Below, piece after piece: positions 46,562-56,512 of a DNA stretch of 64,000 nt. The position numbers and the translations under genes are program-made. The notes below the pieces were generated by a model that saw only the letters and a program-made list of their open reading frames with translations, was not told the origin of the DNA and made no database searches. Source of the DNA: an uncultured Rhodobacteraceae bacterium (GTDB lineage: Bacteria; Pseudomonadota; Alphaproteobacteria; Rhodobacterales; Rhodobacteraceae); assembly GCA_937924905.1 (NCBI GenBank), contig CALDUK010000015.1:3267-67266 (forward strand), given 5' to 3'. Position 1 is the stretch's first letter, and each line of letters begins with the position of its first letter.

Positions 46562-47275
46562 ATGATTGACCCGCATATTGCGTCTGCCTTCGACCGCGAT
46601 CTTGAAACCATTCAAGCCATGCTGATGAAAATGGGCGGACTTGTCGAAACCGCCATTCTCGAAGGGGCCGAGGCGCTGGAACACCGCGATCTCGATAAGG
46701 CTGAAAAGGTCCGTTCGGGTGACAAGGCCATTGACCGGCTGGAAGAACAGGTGAACGAAGAAGCCACCCGTGTCATCGCGTTGCGCGCGCCTACGGCCAG
46801 CGATCTGCGCACCGTGATGACCGTGATCAAGATCAGCGCCAATCTGGAACGCTGCGGGGATTACGCAAAAAACATGGCCAAACGCACAACCGTTCTGGCC
46901 GAAACGCCGCCCGTCGGCTCGGCATCGGTTTCGATCCGCAAATTGGCGCGCGAGGTGCAGTTGATGCTGAAAGACGCGCTGGACAGCTATATTCAGCGCG
47001 ACGCCGACCTGGCGATGCAGGTGATCGAACGGGACGAAGATGTCGATCAGATCTACAACGCGCTGTTCCGCGAGTTGCTGACCCATATGATGGAAGACCC
47101 GCGCAACATAACCCCTTGTATGCACCTGCATTTCGTTGCGAAAAACTGCGAACGCATGGGGGATCACGTCACCAGCATCGCGGAACAGGTGGTCTATCTT
47201 GTCACCGGCAGCATGCCTGACGACGGACGCAACAAGCAAGACGCAACGCCTTACATGACGGACGAGGGGCTTTGA
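46562..47275 (+). CDS. phoU: Phosphate signalling complex protein PhoU
   Basis: 237 aa with two PhoU repeats (E/DxxxD motifs, e.g. ERCGDYAKN and ERMGDHVTS), located between pstB and phoB. Confidence 0.92.
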   Translation: MIDPHIASAFDRDLETIQAMLMKMGGLVETAILEGAEALEHRDLDKAEKVRSGDKAIDRLEEQVNEEATRVIALRAPTASDLRTVMTVIKISANLERCGDYAKNMAKRTTVLAETPPVGSASVSIRKLAREVQLMLKDALDSYIQRDADLAMQVIERDEDVDQIYNALFRELLTHMMEDPRNITPCMHLHFVAKNCERMGDHVTSIAEQVVYLVTGSMPDDGRNKQDATPYMTDEGL

Positions 47276-47276
47276 C

Positions 47277-47966
47277 ATGCCGGCCAACCAGCCGACGGTT
47301 TTGGTGGTTGAAGACGAACCGGCGCAACGCGACGTTCTGACCTATAATCTGGAAGCCGAAGGTTATCAGGTCAGCCTTGCGGAAACCGGTGATGATGCTG
47401 TGTTGCAAGTCACCGAAGCCCCGCCAGATGTGATCGTGCTGGACTGGATGCTTCCCGGCATCTCGGGGATCGAGATATGCCGACGGTTGAAGGCCAGTCA
47501 GGCAACCCGCAATATTCCCGTTATTATGTTAACTGCGTGCACCGAAGAAACCGACCGGGTCAGGGGGCTGGAAACCGGCGCCGATGATTACGTCGTCAAG
47601 CCCTATTCGGTGATCGAGCTGATGGCGCGCATCCGCACACAGCTGCGCCGTGTGCGCCCGGCCAGCGTAGGCGAAAAGCTGGAATATGACGATATCCAGC
47701 TGGACGCCGAAACCCACCGCGTGACCCGCGCGGGTCATCCGATCAAGCTGGGGCCGACTGAATTTCGGCTGCTGTCCACATTCATGGACAAACCCGGCCG
47801 CGTATGGACCCGCGAACAGCTTTTGGATCGCGTCTGGGGCCGCGATATCTATGTCGATACGCGAACGGTCGATGTCCACATCGGACGGCTGCGCAAAGCG
47901 CTGCGTCAGAACGGCGGGGAAGACCCGGTACGCACAGTGCGCGGTGCCGGATATGCGTTGGGTTAA
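47277..47966 (+). CDS. phoB: Phosphate regulon response regulator
   Basis: VLVVEDEP, VIVLDWMLPGISG, KP, and C-terminal winged helix VDVHIGRLRKAL...VRGAGYAL. Confidence 0.93.
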   Translation: MPANQPTVLVVEDEPAQRDVLTYNLEAEGYQVSLAETGDDAVLQVTEAPPDVIVLDWMLPGISGIEICRRLKASQATRNIPVIMLTACTEETDRVRGLETGADDYVVKPYSVIELMARIRTQLRRVRPASVGEKLEYDDIQLDAETHRVTRAGHPIKLGPTEFRLLSTFMDKPGRVWTREQLLDRVWGRDIYVDTRTVDVHIGRLRKALRQNGGEDPVRTVRGAGYALG

Positions 47967-48230
47967 TTCGTATAATCGTTATTATGTTAAAAATGTAATT
48001 CGACTATATAACAATAGCTTGCATTGATGAATGAACGCTACCTGCTCATCCTGTGCATTCCCTGCCCAAAACCTTCGGATAAACCCCGCCACAGCTTTCC
48101 TATCCCCGATGCGTAGAAAGCGCGCGACATTTCCTGATCGCCATTGGACGCGTGTGGTGTGGCAATCTTGATTGGCGATGTCGTATCCCGGCGGAAGCGT
48201 CGATTTTTTTCAGCCAGGCTTTTGGCGATG

Positions 48231-48260
48231 AAAAAAGCCCCGGTCACAGCGACCGGGGCC
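48231..48260 (-). terminator. Rho-independent terminator of tsf
   Basis: On the minus strand: GCCCCGGTC-GCTGT-GACCGGGGC followed by TTTTTTC, about 27 nt downstream of the tsf stop. Confidence 0.8.
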
Positions 48261-48286
48261 TTTGCAATCCGTTCAGAAAGTATGGC

Positions 48287-49171
48287 TTAGCCGCCGGCGG
48301 CTTTGGCGACCTCGGCCGCGAAGTCTTCTTCTTTCTTCTCGATGCCTTCACCGACTTCAAAGCGTACAAAGCCTAGAATCTCGGCGCCCGCATCGGCGGC
48401 GACTTTACCAACGGTATCTCCATCGGGGCTCATCACAAAAGCCTGGTTCACCAGCGTCACTTCGGCAAAGAACTTCTTCATCCGACCTTTGATCATGTTT
48501 TCAATGATATTGTCCGGCTTGCCGCTTTCGCGGGCCTGATCGGTCAGGATCTGCTTTTCCTTTTCGACAATTGCCGGGTCCAGATCAGCCTCGGTCAGCG
48601 ATTGTGGGCGTGGGTCAGCGGCGGCCACATGCATGGCAATCTGCTTGGCCAGATCATCCGATCCGCCTTTCAGCGCCACCAGACAGCCGATTTTACCCAT
48701 GCCGGGTGCGGCTGCGGTGTGCACGTAAGATCCGATCACATCGCCTTCGACCTTGGCCATACGGCGCAAAGACATGTTCTCGCCAATCGTTGCGATCTTG
48801 TCGGTGATCGTATCGGCCACCGATTTGCCGCCCAAGTCAGCTGCGGCCAAGGCATCGACATCCGACACGCCCAGTGCCGTTTTGGCGATGCCGCCGACCA
48901 TGTCCTGAAATTCTGCGTTTTTCGCAACAAAGTCTGTTTCCGAGTTCACCTCGACCGCAACGCCCGTGCCGCCTGACACCTCGATTGCAACCAGACCTTC
49001 TGCGGCCGTGCGGCCCGATTTCTTTGCGGCTTTCGCCAAGCCTTTGGTCCGCAGCCAGTCGATGGCTGCTTCCATGTCGCCGTCATTTTCTGTCAACGCC
49101 TTCTTGGCGTCCATCATGCCCGCGCCCGTTGTGTCGCGGAGCTCTTTTACAAGTGCTGCCGTGATTGCCAT
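48287..49171 (-). CDS. tsf: Translation elongation factor Ts
   Basis: ATG 49171 (AGGAGAG upstream) within track ORF 48287..49213. [26 protein letters not shown]. Confidence 0.95.
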   Translation of the reverse strand: MAITAALVKELRDTTGAGMMDAKKALTENDGDMEAAIDWLRTKGLAKAAKKSGRTAAEGLVAIEVSGGTGVAVEVNSETDFVAKNAEFQDMVGGIAKTALGVSDVDALAAADLGGKSVADTITDKIATIGENMSLRRMAKVEGDVIGSYVHTAAAPGMGKIGCLVALKGGSDDLAKQIAMHVAAADPRPQSLTEADLDPAIVEKEKQILTDQARESGKPDNIIENMIKGRMKKFFAEVTLVNQAFVMSPDGDTVGKVAADAGAEILGFVRFEVGEGIEKKEEDFAAEVAKAAGG

Positions 49172-49197
49172 TTTGGCTCTCCTGATTACTGGAAGTG

Positions 49198-49223
49198 CCG
49201 GACCTAAGCGCACTTAGGTCCGG
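49198..49223 (-). other. Perfect 11-bp stem-loop in the rpsB-tsf intercistronic spacer
   Basis: CCGGACCTAAG-cgca-CTTAGGTCCGG. No U-run follows on the transcribed (minus) strand, so it is not a simple terminator. Confidence 0.6.
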
Positions 49224-49237
49224 TTTCAATGTTGGGT

Positions 49238-50065
49238 TTATTCAGCCTTTGCGGCTTCGCCTTCGACAGCGGGCTCCGCTGCGGCTTCTGGGGCCGCTGT
49301 CTCTTCGACGACAACCTCTTCAACCGTTTCTTCGACGGCATCTTCCATCGCGCCCATATCGACGCCGGCTGCACCCAGTTGAGCGCTCATGCCGTCCAGG
49401 GCAGCGCGGCTGACCAAATCACAATAAAGCGCAATCGCACGCGCCGCGTCGTCATTGCCGGGGATGATATAGTCGACACCATCTGGCGGGCAGTTTGTGT
49501 CCACCACAGCTACAACAGGAATGCCCAGCTTGCGGGCCTCGGCAATCGCCAGGTCTTCCTTGCTGACGTCGATGACGAACAGAAGGTCCGGAACACCACC
49601 CATTTCGCGGATGCCGCCCAGCGACGCCTGCAATTTGGTTTGCTCGCGTTCCATGCCAAGACGTTCTTTCTTGGTCAGGCCCTCTGCCCCGTCCACCATC
49701 TTTTCGTCGATGGCTTTCAAACGCTGGATCGACTGCGACACAGTCTTCCAGTTGGTCAGCGTGCCACCGAGCCAACGGTGGTTCATATAGTACTGGGCAC
49801 AACGTTCGGCTGCGTCGGCGATTGGCTTTTGCGCCTGCCGTTTGGTGCCGACAAACAGAACACGACCGCCCTTGGCGACCGTTTCGCGCACGACGTTCAA
49901 AGCCGCGTCCAGCATGGGCACGGTTTGTGTCAGATCGATGATGTGAATGCCGTTCCGGTCGCCATAGATGAATTCCTGCATACGCGGGTTCCATCGCTGG
50001 GTTTGGTGGCCAAAATGAACGCCAGCTTCCAAAAGCTGACGCATGGAAAATTCAGGGAGCGCCAT
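49238..50065 (-). CDS. rpsB: 30S ribosomal protein S2
   Basis: ATG 50065 (AAGGAA upstream) within track ORF 49238..50341. [29 protein letters not shown]. Acidic/Ala-rich C-terminal tail. Confidence 0.95.
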   Translation of the reverse strand: MALPEFSMRQLLEAGVHFGHQTQRWNPRMQEFIYGDRNGIHIIDLTQTVPMLDAALNVVRETVAKGGRVLFVGTKRQAQKPIADAAERCAQYYMNHRWLGGTLTNWKTVSQSIQRLKAIDEKMVDGAEGLTKKERLGMEREQTKLQASLGGIREMGGVPDLLFVIDVSKEDLAIAEARKLGIPVVAVVDTNCPPDGVDYIIPGNDDAARAIALYCDLVSRAALDGMSAQLGAAGVDMGAMEDAVEETVEEVVVEETAAPEAAAEPAVEGEAAKAE

Positions 50066-50322
50066 GTCCAAATTCCTTTCCGGTTTGCGCCTCGGCAGAG
50101 CCATGAGGGACATTGTCCCAACCGGCGGACCTGACGGGATGTCTCCCCGAAAGGCCCAAGCTCTGCCTGTGAAGTGGGCGCGGAATAGGACAGGTTGTCG
50201 GGCTTTGCAAGGAGTTTCGCGGTCTGCTCGCAAATCCGGGGCAACACGGCGCAAATTGCCGCGAATGCAACCGGTCCCCCTGCCCCATTGCAAACACGCC
50301 GCAGTCCTGCCAATCAGCCTAT

Positions 50323-51228
50323 ATGAACGACCCTGTGACATTTCAGGACAAGCTGCAAAACATCGCAGCGCGCACTGTTCTGGGCGGTGCGCTTTTATTG
50401 CCCTATCCGCTGCGGGTGCGGGTCGTCGGGCGTGTCTTTTCCACGTTCGTTGCGCCGTTGGCAGGATGGGGCAAACGGGTGCGAGGCAATCTGGGCTATG
50501 TCTATCCGGATATGCCCGAAGCCGAGAAAAGCCGCATAGCCCGCAAGGTTACAGATAATGTCGGGCGCACCCTGATCGAGATTTACTCGGGGCAGGCCTT
50601 TATTGACCGCGCCCGGCCTTCACCGGTTGAAGGGCCTGGGTGGGATGCCGTCAAAGCCGCGCGCGCCGACGGGCGCCCGATTGTTTTTGTCACGGCGCAT
50701 CTGGGAAATTACGACGCAATCCGGTCAAAGCTGACGCGCGAAGGCTTTCCAATGGCGGCGCTTTATCGGCCCATGAAGAACCCGTCTTTTCATGCCCATT
50801 ACCTGAAAGCCATCAGCACGATTGCCGAGCCGGTCTATCCGACCGACAACAAAGGTATCGTTGCGCTGATCAAGCACCTGAAACAGGGCGGTGTCCTGGG
50901 CATTGTTGCCGACGTCGGGTCGCGCAGAGCACCGCTTTTGCGGTTCTTTGACAAACCCGCCCACACACCGGTTTCTGCGGCTGAATGGGCAGTCAAGTAT
51001 AACGCGCTACTTGTGCCAATCTTTGGGCTGCGCCAGCCCGATGGTCTCAGCTTCCGGCTGCACGTCGATGTGCCGATTGACCACGGTGACCCGGGCGAGA
51101 TGATGCAACGCTATAATGATGTGGTTGAAACCATGGTCCGGGCATATCCGGACCAATGGTTCTGGGTTCACAAGCGCTGGAAACTCAGCGCCGAGGCGCA
51201 GGCTATTTCAGGCGAGACGCCCCCATGA
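50323..51228 (+). CDS. Lipid A biosynthesis lauroyl/late acyltransferase family protein (LpxL/HtrB-like)
   Basis: 301 aa. HX4D motif in [11 protein letters not shown]-terminal [13 protein letters not shown] is typical of the family. Confidence 0.8.
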   Translation: MNDPVTFQDKLQNIAARTVLGGALLLPYPLRVRVVGRVFSTFVAPLAGWGKRVRGNLGYVYPDMPEAEKSRIARKVTDNVGRTLIEIYSGQAFIDRARPSPVEGPGWDAVKAARADGRPIVFVTAHLGNYDAIRSKLTREGFPMAALYRPMKNPSFHAHYLKAISTIAEPVYPTDNKGIVALIKHLKQGGVLGIVADVGSRRAPLLRFFDKPAHTPVSAAEWAVKYNALLVPIFGLRQPDGLSFRLHVDVPIDHGDPGEMMQRYNDVVETMVRAYPDQWFWVHKRWKLSAEAQAISGETPP

Positions 51229-51892
51229 TGGGCCCGGCCCCTTTGGCCTGAACAAGCACCACGACCGGCATGTCACTTGGAACACGCGCTGTGGCTTTGT
51301 ATTCGCCCTGCCCGTTCCACGAGCCAAGTGTCACAAGATCGCGCACCACGTTGTGATAGGTGATCGTGCGACCGGCATTCTCGCCGCGCCGAATTTTGAC
51401 CGTCGCTTCGGGCATGTATGTTACCACCTGCACAACCATGTCCGGCACATTCCCACGCGCATCTGCGCTGATGACAACCTGATTGCCGTTGCGTGCCAGA
51501 TCAATGAAAACCGGCAATTTGCGGTTTTCATGTTTGCGCACCGCACTGCTGACTTTCATGGCGCGGGAACCGACCACATGGTCGGTGCCGCCGATAACCA
51601 TTTGCGGTGTATAGATCGTCCGTTCGCCTTTGGCGCGGGCATAGGCGCGTTGGCGTTTGGTGTGGTCTGGGCTGGCGAATTCATCTTTCCAGCCAAGATA
51701 ATCCCAGTAATCCACATGCATCGCCAAAGCGACGACGTTGTCTTCTTCGGCCAATTGACCCAGTATCTTGTCAGCGGGCGGGCAGGACGAACAGCCTTGG
51801 CTGGTAAACAGCTCGACCACCACGACTTCCTCGGCCTGCGCAAATCCTGCAAGGGCCACCCAGGCCGCAGATATCAAGCTTACCAAACGCAT
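51203..51892 (-). CDS. DUF1223 domain protein (secreted, thioredoxin-like)
   Basis: Track ORF 51203..51901 starts at a GTG; ATG 51892 has AGGTGA upstream. Signal peptide, then VVVELFTSQGCSSCPPAD...HVDYWDYLGWKD. The 3' end overlaps the convergent acyltransferase gene by 26 nt. Confidence 0.8.
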   Translation of the reverse strand: MRLVSLISAAWVALAGFAQAEEVVVVELFTSQGCSSCPPADKILGQLAEEDNVVALAMHVDYWDYLGWKDEFASPDHTKRQRAYARAKGERTIYTPQMVIGGTDHVVGSRAMKVSSAVRKHENRKLPVFIDLARNGNQVVISADARGNVPDMVVQVVTYMPEATVKIRRGENAGRTITYHNVVRDLVTLGSWNGQGEYKATARVPSDMPVVVLVQAKGAGPIMGASRLK

Positions 51893-52101
51893 ATTCGTCA
51901 CCTATTCATGTATCCCCGATAATGCTTACGCGACGTATTTGATCCGCACCAATCAAGGTTTTGCGAGTCTGCGTTACAATTCGCAACTGCTGTCCGGGGC
52001 GCAATATGTACACAATGGTATACAGAATTGTCTTGCCCCTTTGTTTCCTAGGGAGTATTGCAGCGCCAATCCTTCCTGCATTGCCATAATGGAGTAGCCA
52101 T

Positions 52102-54792
52102 ATGCCCATCACCGTTGGCCACGATTCTTCCAAAACCCGCAAAACCCTGACCGCTGGCAGCCAGTCTATTGATTATTATTCGATTCCTGCCGCCGAAGCT
52201 GCGGGGCTTGGCAATTTCTCAAAACTGCCAGCTGCGCTGAAGGTTGTGCTGGAAAACATGCTGCGTTTCGAGGACGGAAAGACGGTCAGCGTCGATGATA
52301 TCAAGGCGTTTGGAACCTGGGGCGACAAAGGCGGCAAGAACCCACGTGAGATCGCCTATCGCCCGGCCCGCGTGCTGATGCAGGATTTCACCGGTGTTCC
52401 CGCCGTTGTCGATCTGGCCGCGATGCGCGACGGCATCAAGGCGCTTGGCGGTGACCCGCAAAAGATCAACCCGCTTAACCCTGTCGATCTGGTGATCGAC
52501 CACTCGGTTATGATCGATGAATTTGGCAATCCCCGCGCGTTCCAGATGAATGTTGATCGCGAATACGAACGCAACATGGAACGCTATACTTTCCTTAAAT
52601 GGGGCCAGTCCGCATTCAACAACTTTCGCGTTGTGCCGCCTGGCACCGGCATTTGCCACCAGGTGAACCTGGAATATCTGGCGCAGACCGTCTGGACCGA
52701 TACCGACCAGAACGGTCGCGAGGTTGCCTATCCCGACACTTTGGTCGGCACGGACAGCCATACCACCATGGTCAATGGTGCGGCCGTTTTGGGCTGGGGT
52801 GTCGGCGGGATTGAGGCCGAAGCGGCCATGCTGGGCCAACCGATTTCGATGCTGATCCCCGAAGTCATCGGCTTCAAACTGACAGGCGCGATGATGGAAG
52901 GCACGACCGGCACCGATCTGGTGTTGAAAGTCGTCGAAATGCTGCGCGAAAAAGGTGTGGTCAGCAAATTTGTCGAATTCTACGGCCCGGGCTTGGATAA
53001 CCTGCCGCTGGCAGACCGCGCGACGATCGCCAATATGGCACCCGAATACGGTGCAACCTGTGGCTTCTTCCCGATCGATGGCGAAACGCTGCGGTATTTG
53101 CGGAATACAGGCCGCGACGAAGACCGCATCGCGCTGGTCGAAGCCTATGCCAAGGAAAACGGTTTCTGGCGCGGCGACGACTATGATCCGATCTATACCG
53201 ACACTCTGACGCTGGACATGGGCACCATCGTCCCTGCCATTTCCGGCCCGAAACGCCCACAGGACTTTGTTGCCCTGACCGACGCAAAAGCCGCGTTCAC
53301 CAAAGAAATGGCCGAGACATTCAAACGCCCCATGGGCAAGAAGGTCGCGGTCAAAGGTGAAGACTATGCGATGGAATCGGGCAAGGTCGTGATCGCTTCG
53401 ATCACATCCTGCACCAACACGTCGAACCCCTATGTGATGATTGGGGCTGGCCTTGTGGCCCGCAAGGCGGCCGCATTGGGGATGAACCGCAAGCCTTGGG
53501 TGAAGACCTCGCTTGCCCCGGGCAGCCAGGTCGTGTCAGCCTATCTGGAAGCCGCCGAACTGCAAGACGACCTCGATGCCGTCGGCTTCAACCTTGTCGG
53601 TTACGGGTGCACCACATGCATCGGCAACTCGGGCCCAATCCAGCCGGAACTGTCCGAAGCCATCGCAGAAGGCGATCTGGTGGCGACCGCAGTTTTGTCA
53701 GGCAACCGCAACTTTGAAGGCCGGATCTCGCCGGATGTACGCGCGAACTATCTGGCCTCGCCGCCTTTGGTGGTGATCTATGCGCTGGCCGGCACCATGG
53801 ACATTGACCTGACGACCGAACCGGTGGGTCAGGACAAGGACGGCAACGATGTTTACCTGAAAGATCTTTGGCCCAGCCAGGCTGAAATCGCCGAACTGGT
53901 TGAAAGAACCGTCACGCGCGAAGCGTTCCTGTCCAAATACGCCGACGTCTTTAAGGGCGACGACAAGTGGCAGGGCGTCAAGGTGCCCCAACAGGAAACC
54001 TATGACTGGCCTGCGACGTCCACCTATGTTCAGAACCCACCCTATTTCCAGGGTATGGGCAAAGAACCGGGCACGATTAGCAATATCAATGGCGCGCGCA
54101 TCATGGCGCTTTTGGGCGACATGATCACCACCGACCACATCAGCCCCGCAGGCAGTTTCAAGGAAAGCACGCCCGCCGGCCAGTATCTGACTGACCGCCA
54201 GGTGCCGGTGCGTGAATTTAATTCCTACGGGTCGCGTCGCGGCAACCACGAAATCATGATGCGCGGCACGTTCGCCAATATCCGGATCAAGAACGAAATG
54301 CTGGATGGTGTCGAAGGCGGCTATACCAAAGGGCCGGGCGGCAAAGAAACATCGATCTATGAGGCTGCGATGGCCTATCAGGATGCCGGCATTCCCCTTG
54401 TTGTGATCGGCGGCGAACAGTACGGGGCCGGTTCCTCGCGCGACTGGGCGGCCAAAGGCACGGCACTGTTGGGCGTCAAAGCCGTGATTGCGGAAAGTTT
54501 TGAACGGATCCACAGGTCAAACCTGGTTGGCATGGGCGTTATCCCGTTCGAATTCACCGGCGGTGATACACGGAAGTCCTTGGGCCTGACGGGCGACGAA
54601 AGCGTGTCGATCCACGGGCTGGAAGGCGATCTGGTGCCGCTGTCAAACGTGCCTTGCACCATCACCTATCCCGATGGCAGCACCAAAGACATCCAACTGA
54701 AGTGCCGGATCGATACCGCAATCGAGATTGAATACATCGAACACGGCGGTGTCTTGCATTACGTTCTCAGGAACCTTGCGCAAGCCGCGTAA
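52102..54792 (+). CDS. acnA: Aconitate hydratase A
   Basis: 896 aa. Fe-S ligand context ITSCTNTSNP and GCTTCIGNSG. C-terminal swivel domain. Confidence 0.95.
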   Translation: MPITVGHDSSKTRKTLTAGSQSIDYYSIPAAEAAGLGNFSKLPAALKVVLENMLRFEDGKTVSVDDIKAFGTWGDKGGKNPREIAYRPARVLMQDFTGVPAVVDLAAMRDGIKALGGDPQKINPLNPVDLVIDHSVMIDEFGNPRAFQMNVDREYERNMERYTFLKWGQSAFNNFRVVPPGTGICHQVNLEYLAQTVWTDTDQNGREVAYPDTLVGTDSHTTMVNGAAVLGWGVGGIEAEAAMLGQPISMLIPEVIGFKLTGAMMEGTTGTDLVLKVVEMLREKGVVSKFVEFYGPGLDNLPLADRATIANMAPEYGATCGFFPIDGETLRYLRNTGRDEDRIALVEAYAKENGFWRGDDYDPIYTDTLTLDMGTIVPAISGPKRPQDFVALTDAKAAFTKEMAETFKRPMGKKVAVKGEDYAMESGKVVIASITSCTNTSNPYVMIGAGLVARKAAALGMNRKPWVKTSLAPGSQVVSAYLEAAELQDDLDAVGFNLVGYGCTTCIGNSGPIQPELSEAIAEGDLVATAVLSGNRNFEGRISPDVRANYLASPPLVVIYALAGTMDIDLTTEPVGQDKDGNDVYLKDLWPSQAEIAELVERTVTREAFLSKYADVFKGDDKWQGVKVPQQETYDWPATSTYVQNPPYFQGMGKEPGTISNINGARIMALLGDMITTDHISPAGSFKESTPAGQYLTDRQVPVREFNSYGSRRGNHEIMMRGTFANIRIKNEMLDGVEGGYTKGPGGKETSIYEAAMAYQDAGIPLVVIGGEQYGAGSSRDWAAKGTALLGVKAVIAESFERIHRSNLVGMGVIPFEFTGGDTRKSLGLTGDESVSIHGLEGDLVPLSNVPCTITYPDGSTKDIQLKCRIDTAIEIEYIEHGGVLHYVLRNLAQAA

Positions 54793-54810
54793 GCCAAACC
54801 AGCATTCTGA

Positions 54811-54846
54811 AAAGGCGCGCCCAAGTGGTGCGCCTTTCCTGTTTTC
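54811..54846 (+). terminator. Rho-independent terminator of acnA
   Basis: AAAGGCGCGCC-AAGT-GGTGCGCCTTT (11-bp stem including one G-U pair) followed by CCTGTTTT. Confidence 0.7.
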
Positions 54847-55052
54847 GCGGCCTTGATTAACGCTTTGGAAACATACCAGTTCCAAGGAATGCCTTGTGTT
54901 TTCCAGCAAATCTGCCAGCCTGCGCGGGTTGATGAGTTCTGGGGCCTCGCATGCATTCTGCCAGTGATAAGTTGCGCGTTATTGCACGCGCCATGCCGTT
55001 TTCACTTCCACCACTAGAAGCCGCAGGGCTTGTCCTGATGATGGTGCTTTGG

Positions 55053-55589
55053 CTATTCGGCTAAAGCGGCGGCAAGCGCTGGTTTGATACGGTTTTCCAA
55101 CAGGGGTTCGTTGATCGGCCCGCGCACATGCACCAAAACGGTGCCATCGCTGCCAATTACAAAGGTTTCGGGCAAGGCGTAAACGCCCCATTCGATGCTT
55201 TGGCGGTTGCCGGGGTCGGCCACGACAGCGGTATAAGGGTTGCCCAATTCGGCAAGAAACCCTTCGGCCTGGTCTGGCGTGCGGTCACGGTTGATCCCAT
55301 AGACAGGCACGGTTTCGGCCAGTTCCATGATATAGGGGTGCTCGACCCGGCAAGGCGCACACCAACTGGCCCAGAAATTCACAACCTTCGGCCCGGGCCC
55401 TGCAAACACGCTTCCATCAAAACTGGGCAGGGTTCCAACCGCCAGATCGACGATCTGGGGCGCTGGCAAACCTTCCTGCGAAGATGGCAACGCGTCCGGA
55501 TCATCCCGAAACATGCCCCCCAGAAACAGCCCGGCGATGGCCGCAAAAATCACAGGCGGGAAAATCGCCAGGGGTGGGATCCTACCCAT
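55053..55589 (-). CDS. ccmG: Thiol:disulfide interchange protein CcmG/DsbE
   Basis: Track ORF 55053..55610; ATG 55589 overlaps the ccmD stop by 8 nt, and ATG 55610 is an alternative. Membrane anchor plus FWASWCAPCRVEHP (CxxC). Confidence 0.9.
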   Translation of the reverse strand: MGRIPPLAIFPPVIFAAIAGLFLGGMFRDDPDALPSSQEGLPAPQIVDLAVGTLPSFDGSVFAGPGPKVVNFWASWCAPCRVEHPYIMELAETVPVYGINRDRTPDQAEGFLAELGNPYTAVVADPGNRQSIEWGVYALPETFVIGSDGTVLVHVRGPINEPLLENRIKPALAAALAE

Positions 55590-55731
55590 TCTGTCTGTCC
55601 TCGGCCGCATTCAGCTTGCGCTTTGATGCCCGAGATTGCCGCCAGGACAACCAGACAAGCCCAAACAAAAGGGCCAGCGACCCAACATAGGCCAGCGTCA
55701 CCTCGCCCGCATATTGTCCAAGATCAGGCAT
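55582..55731 (-). CDS. ccmD: Heme exporter protein D
   Basis: Below the track size cut-off; my own translation is MPDLGQYAGEVTLAYVGSLALLFGLVWLSWRQSRASKRKLNAAEDRQNG (49 aa). One TM helix followed by a basic tail. Overlaps the ccmC stop by one nucleotide (TGATG). Confidence 0.8.
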   Translation of the reverse strand: MPDLGQYAGEVTLAYVGSLALLFGLVWLSWRQSRASKRKLNAAEDRQNG

Positions 55732-56459
55732 CACGCCATCCTTTCCCGCGTTTCAATCGCATGGACCCGGCGCAGGCGTATTTCGCTGCGGGTTCTTTGC
55801 AAAACCAGCGCGACAAACAACAAGACAAACCCGGCCAGACAAACCAGCAACGGAAACCAGAAGACATCCGCGACGTTTTCTTCCGCGTCCAACGACAGGC
55901 TTGCGCCTTGATGCAAGCCCTGGTTCCAGAACAGCACCGCGTAGCGCGACAGGATGGCAAAGATGGACCCCACAAGGCAGAGAATGCTGGTCAGATCCGC
56001 CGCGGTTTCAGGATCCTCTATCGCAGACCAAAGTGCGATATAGCCCAGATAAAACAGAAATAGGATGAGGAACGAGGTCAAACGTGGATCCCATTCCCAC
56101 CACGTCCCCCACATTGGCTGACCCCAGACCGCGCCAGTGAATAATGCCATCAGGGTCATCACCATGCCCACCGGGGCGGCCGCTTTGGCAGCCAGCGCGC
56201 TGACATGATGACGCCGGATCAGCCAGATCAGGGATGTGACCAGCATCATGGCCCAGGCATTGATCGCCATCATCGCGGACGGCACGTGCAAATAGATGAT
56301 CTTGACGGTCGATCCTTGACGGAAATCATCGGGCGTGAAGAAAAATCCCCATATCAGCCCCCCCACAAGGCAAGCCGTTGCCAGCACAAACACCGGCCCG
56401 ATCACCCGGTCGGTGATGCTCATAAACTTCCGCGGATTTGCGAATTCCCAAAGCGACAT
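55731..56459 (-). CDS. ccmC: Heme exporter protein C
   Basis: MSLWEFANPRKF... and the WWD motif WGTWWEWDPRLT. 242 aa. Confidence 0.93.
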   Translation of the reverse strand: MSLWEFANPRKFMSITDRVIGPVFVLATACLVGGLIWGFFFTPDDFRQGSTVKIIYLHVPSAMMAINAWAMMLVTSLIWLIRRHHVSALAAKAAAPVGMVMTLMALFTGAVWGQPMWGTWWEWDPRLTSFLILFLFYLGYIALWSAIEDPETAADLTSILCLVGSIFAILSRYAVLFWNQGLHQGASLSLDAEENVADVFWFPLLVCLAGFVLLFVALVLQRTRSEIRLRRVHAIETRERMA

Positions 56460-56512
56460 GATTGTTACTTAGGCCTCCCTTAAGGCGCTCTCAAGCGCCA
56501 GCACGTCGCAGC

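Noticed and set aside
48038-48247. 69-aa minus-strand ORF in the phoB / tsf spacer
   Set aside because: Its start codon lies inside the tsf terminator hairpin. It has no RBS and no recognisable features.
49229-50134. 301-aa plus-strand ORF over rpsB, and similar ORFs at 51116..51922, 55128..56063 and 56868..57605
   Set aside because: Each is antisense to a highly conserved gene (rpsB, the DUF1223 gene, ccmG/ccmC, ccmB). All are Arg/Pro/His-rich shadow frames.
54951-55061. 36-codon plus-strand ORF (MHSASDKLRVIARAMPFSLPPLEAAGLVLMMVLWLFG) between acnA and ccmG
   Set aside because: It is too short, has no clear RBS, and overlaps the ccmG 3' end. The evidence for a gene is insufficient.
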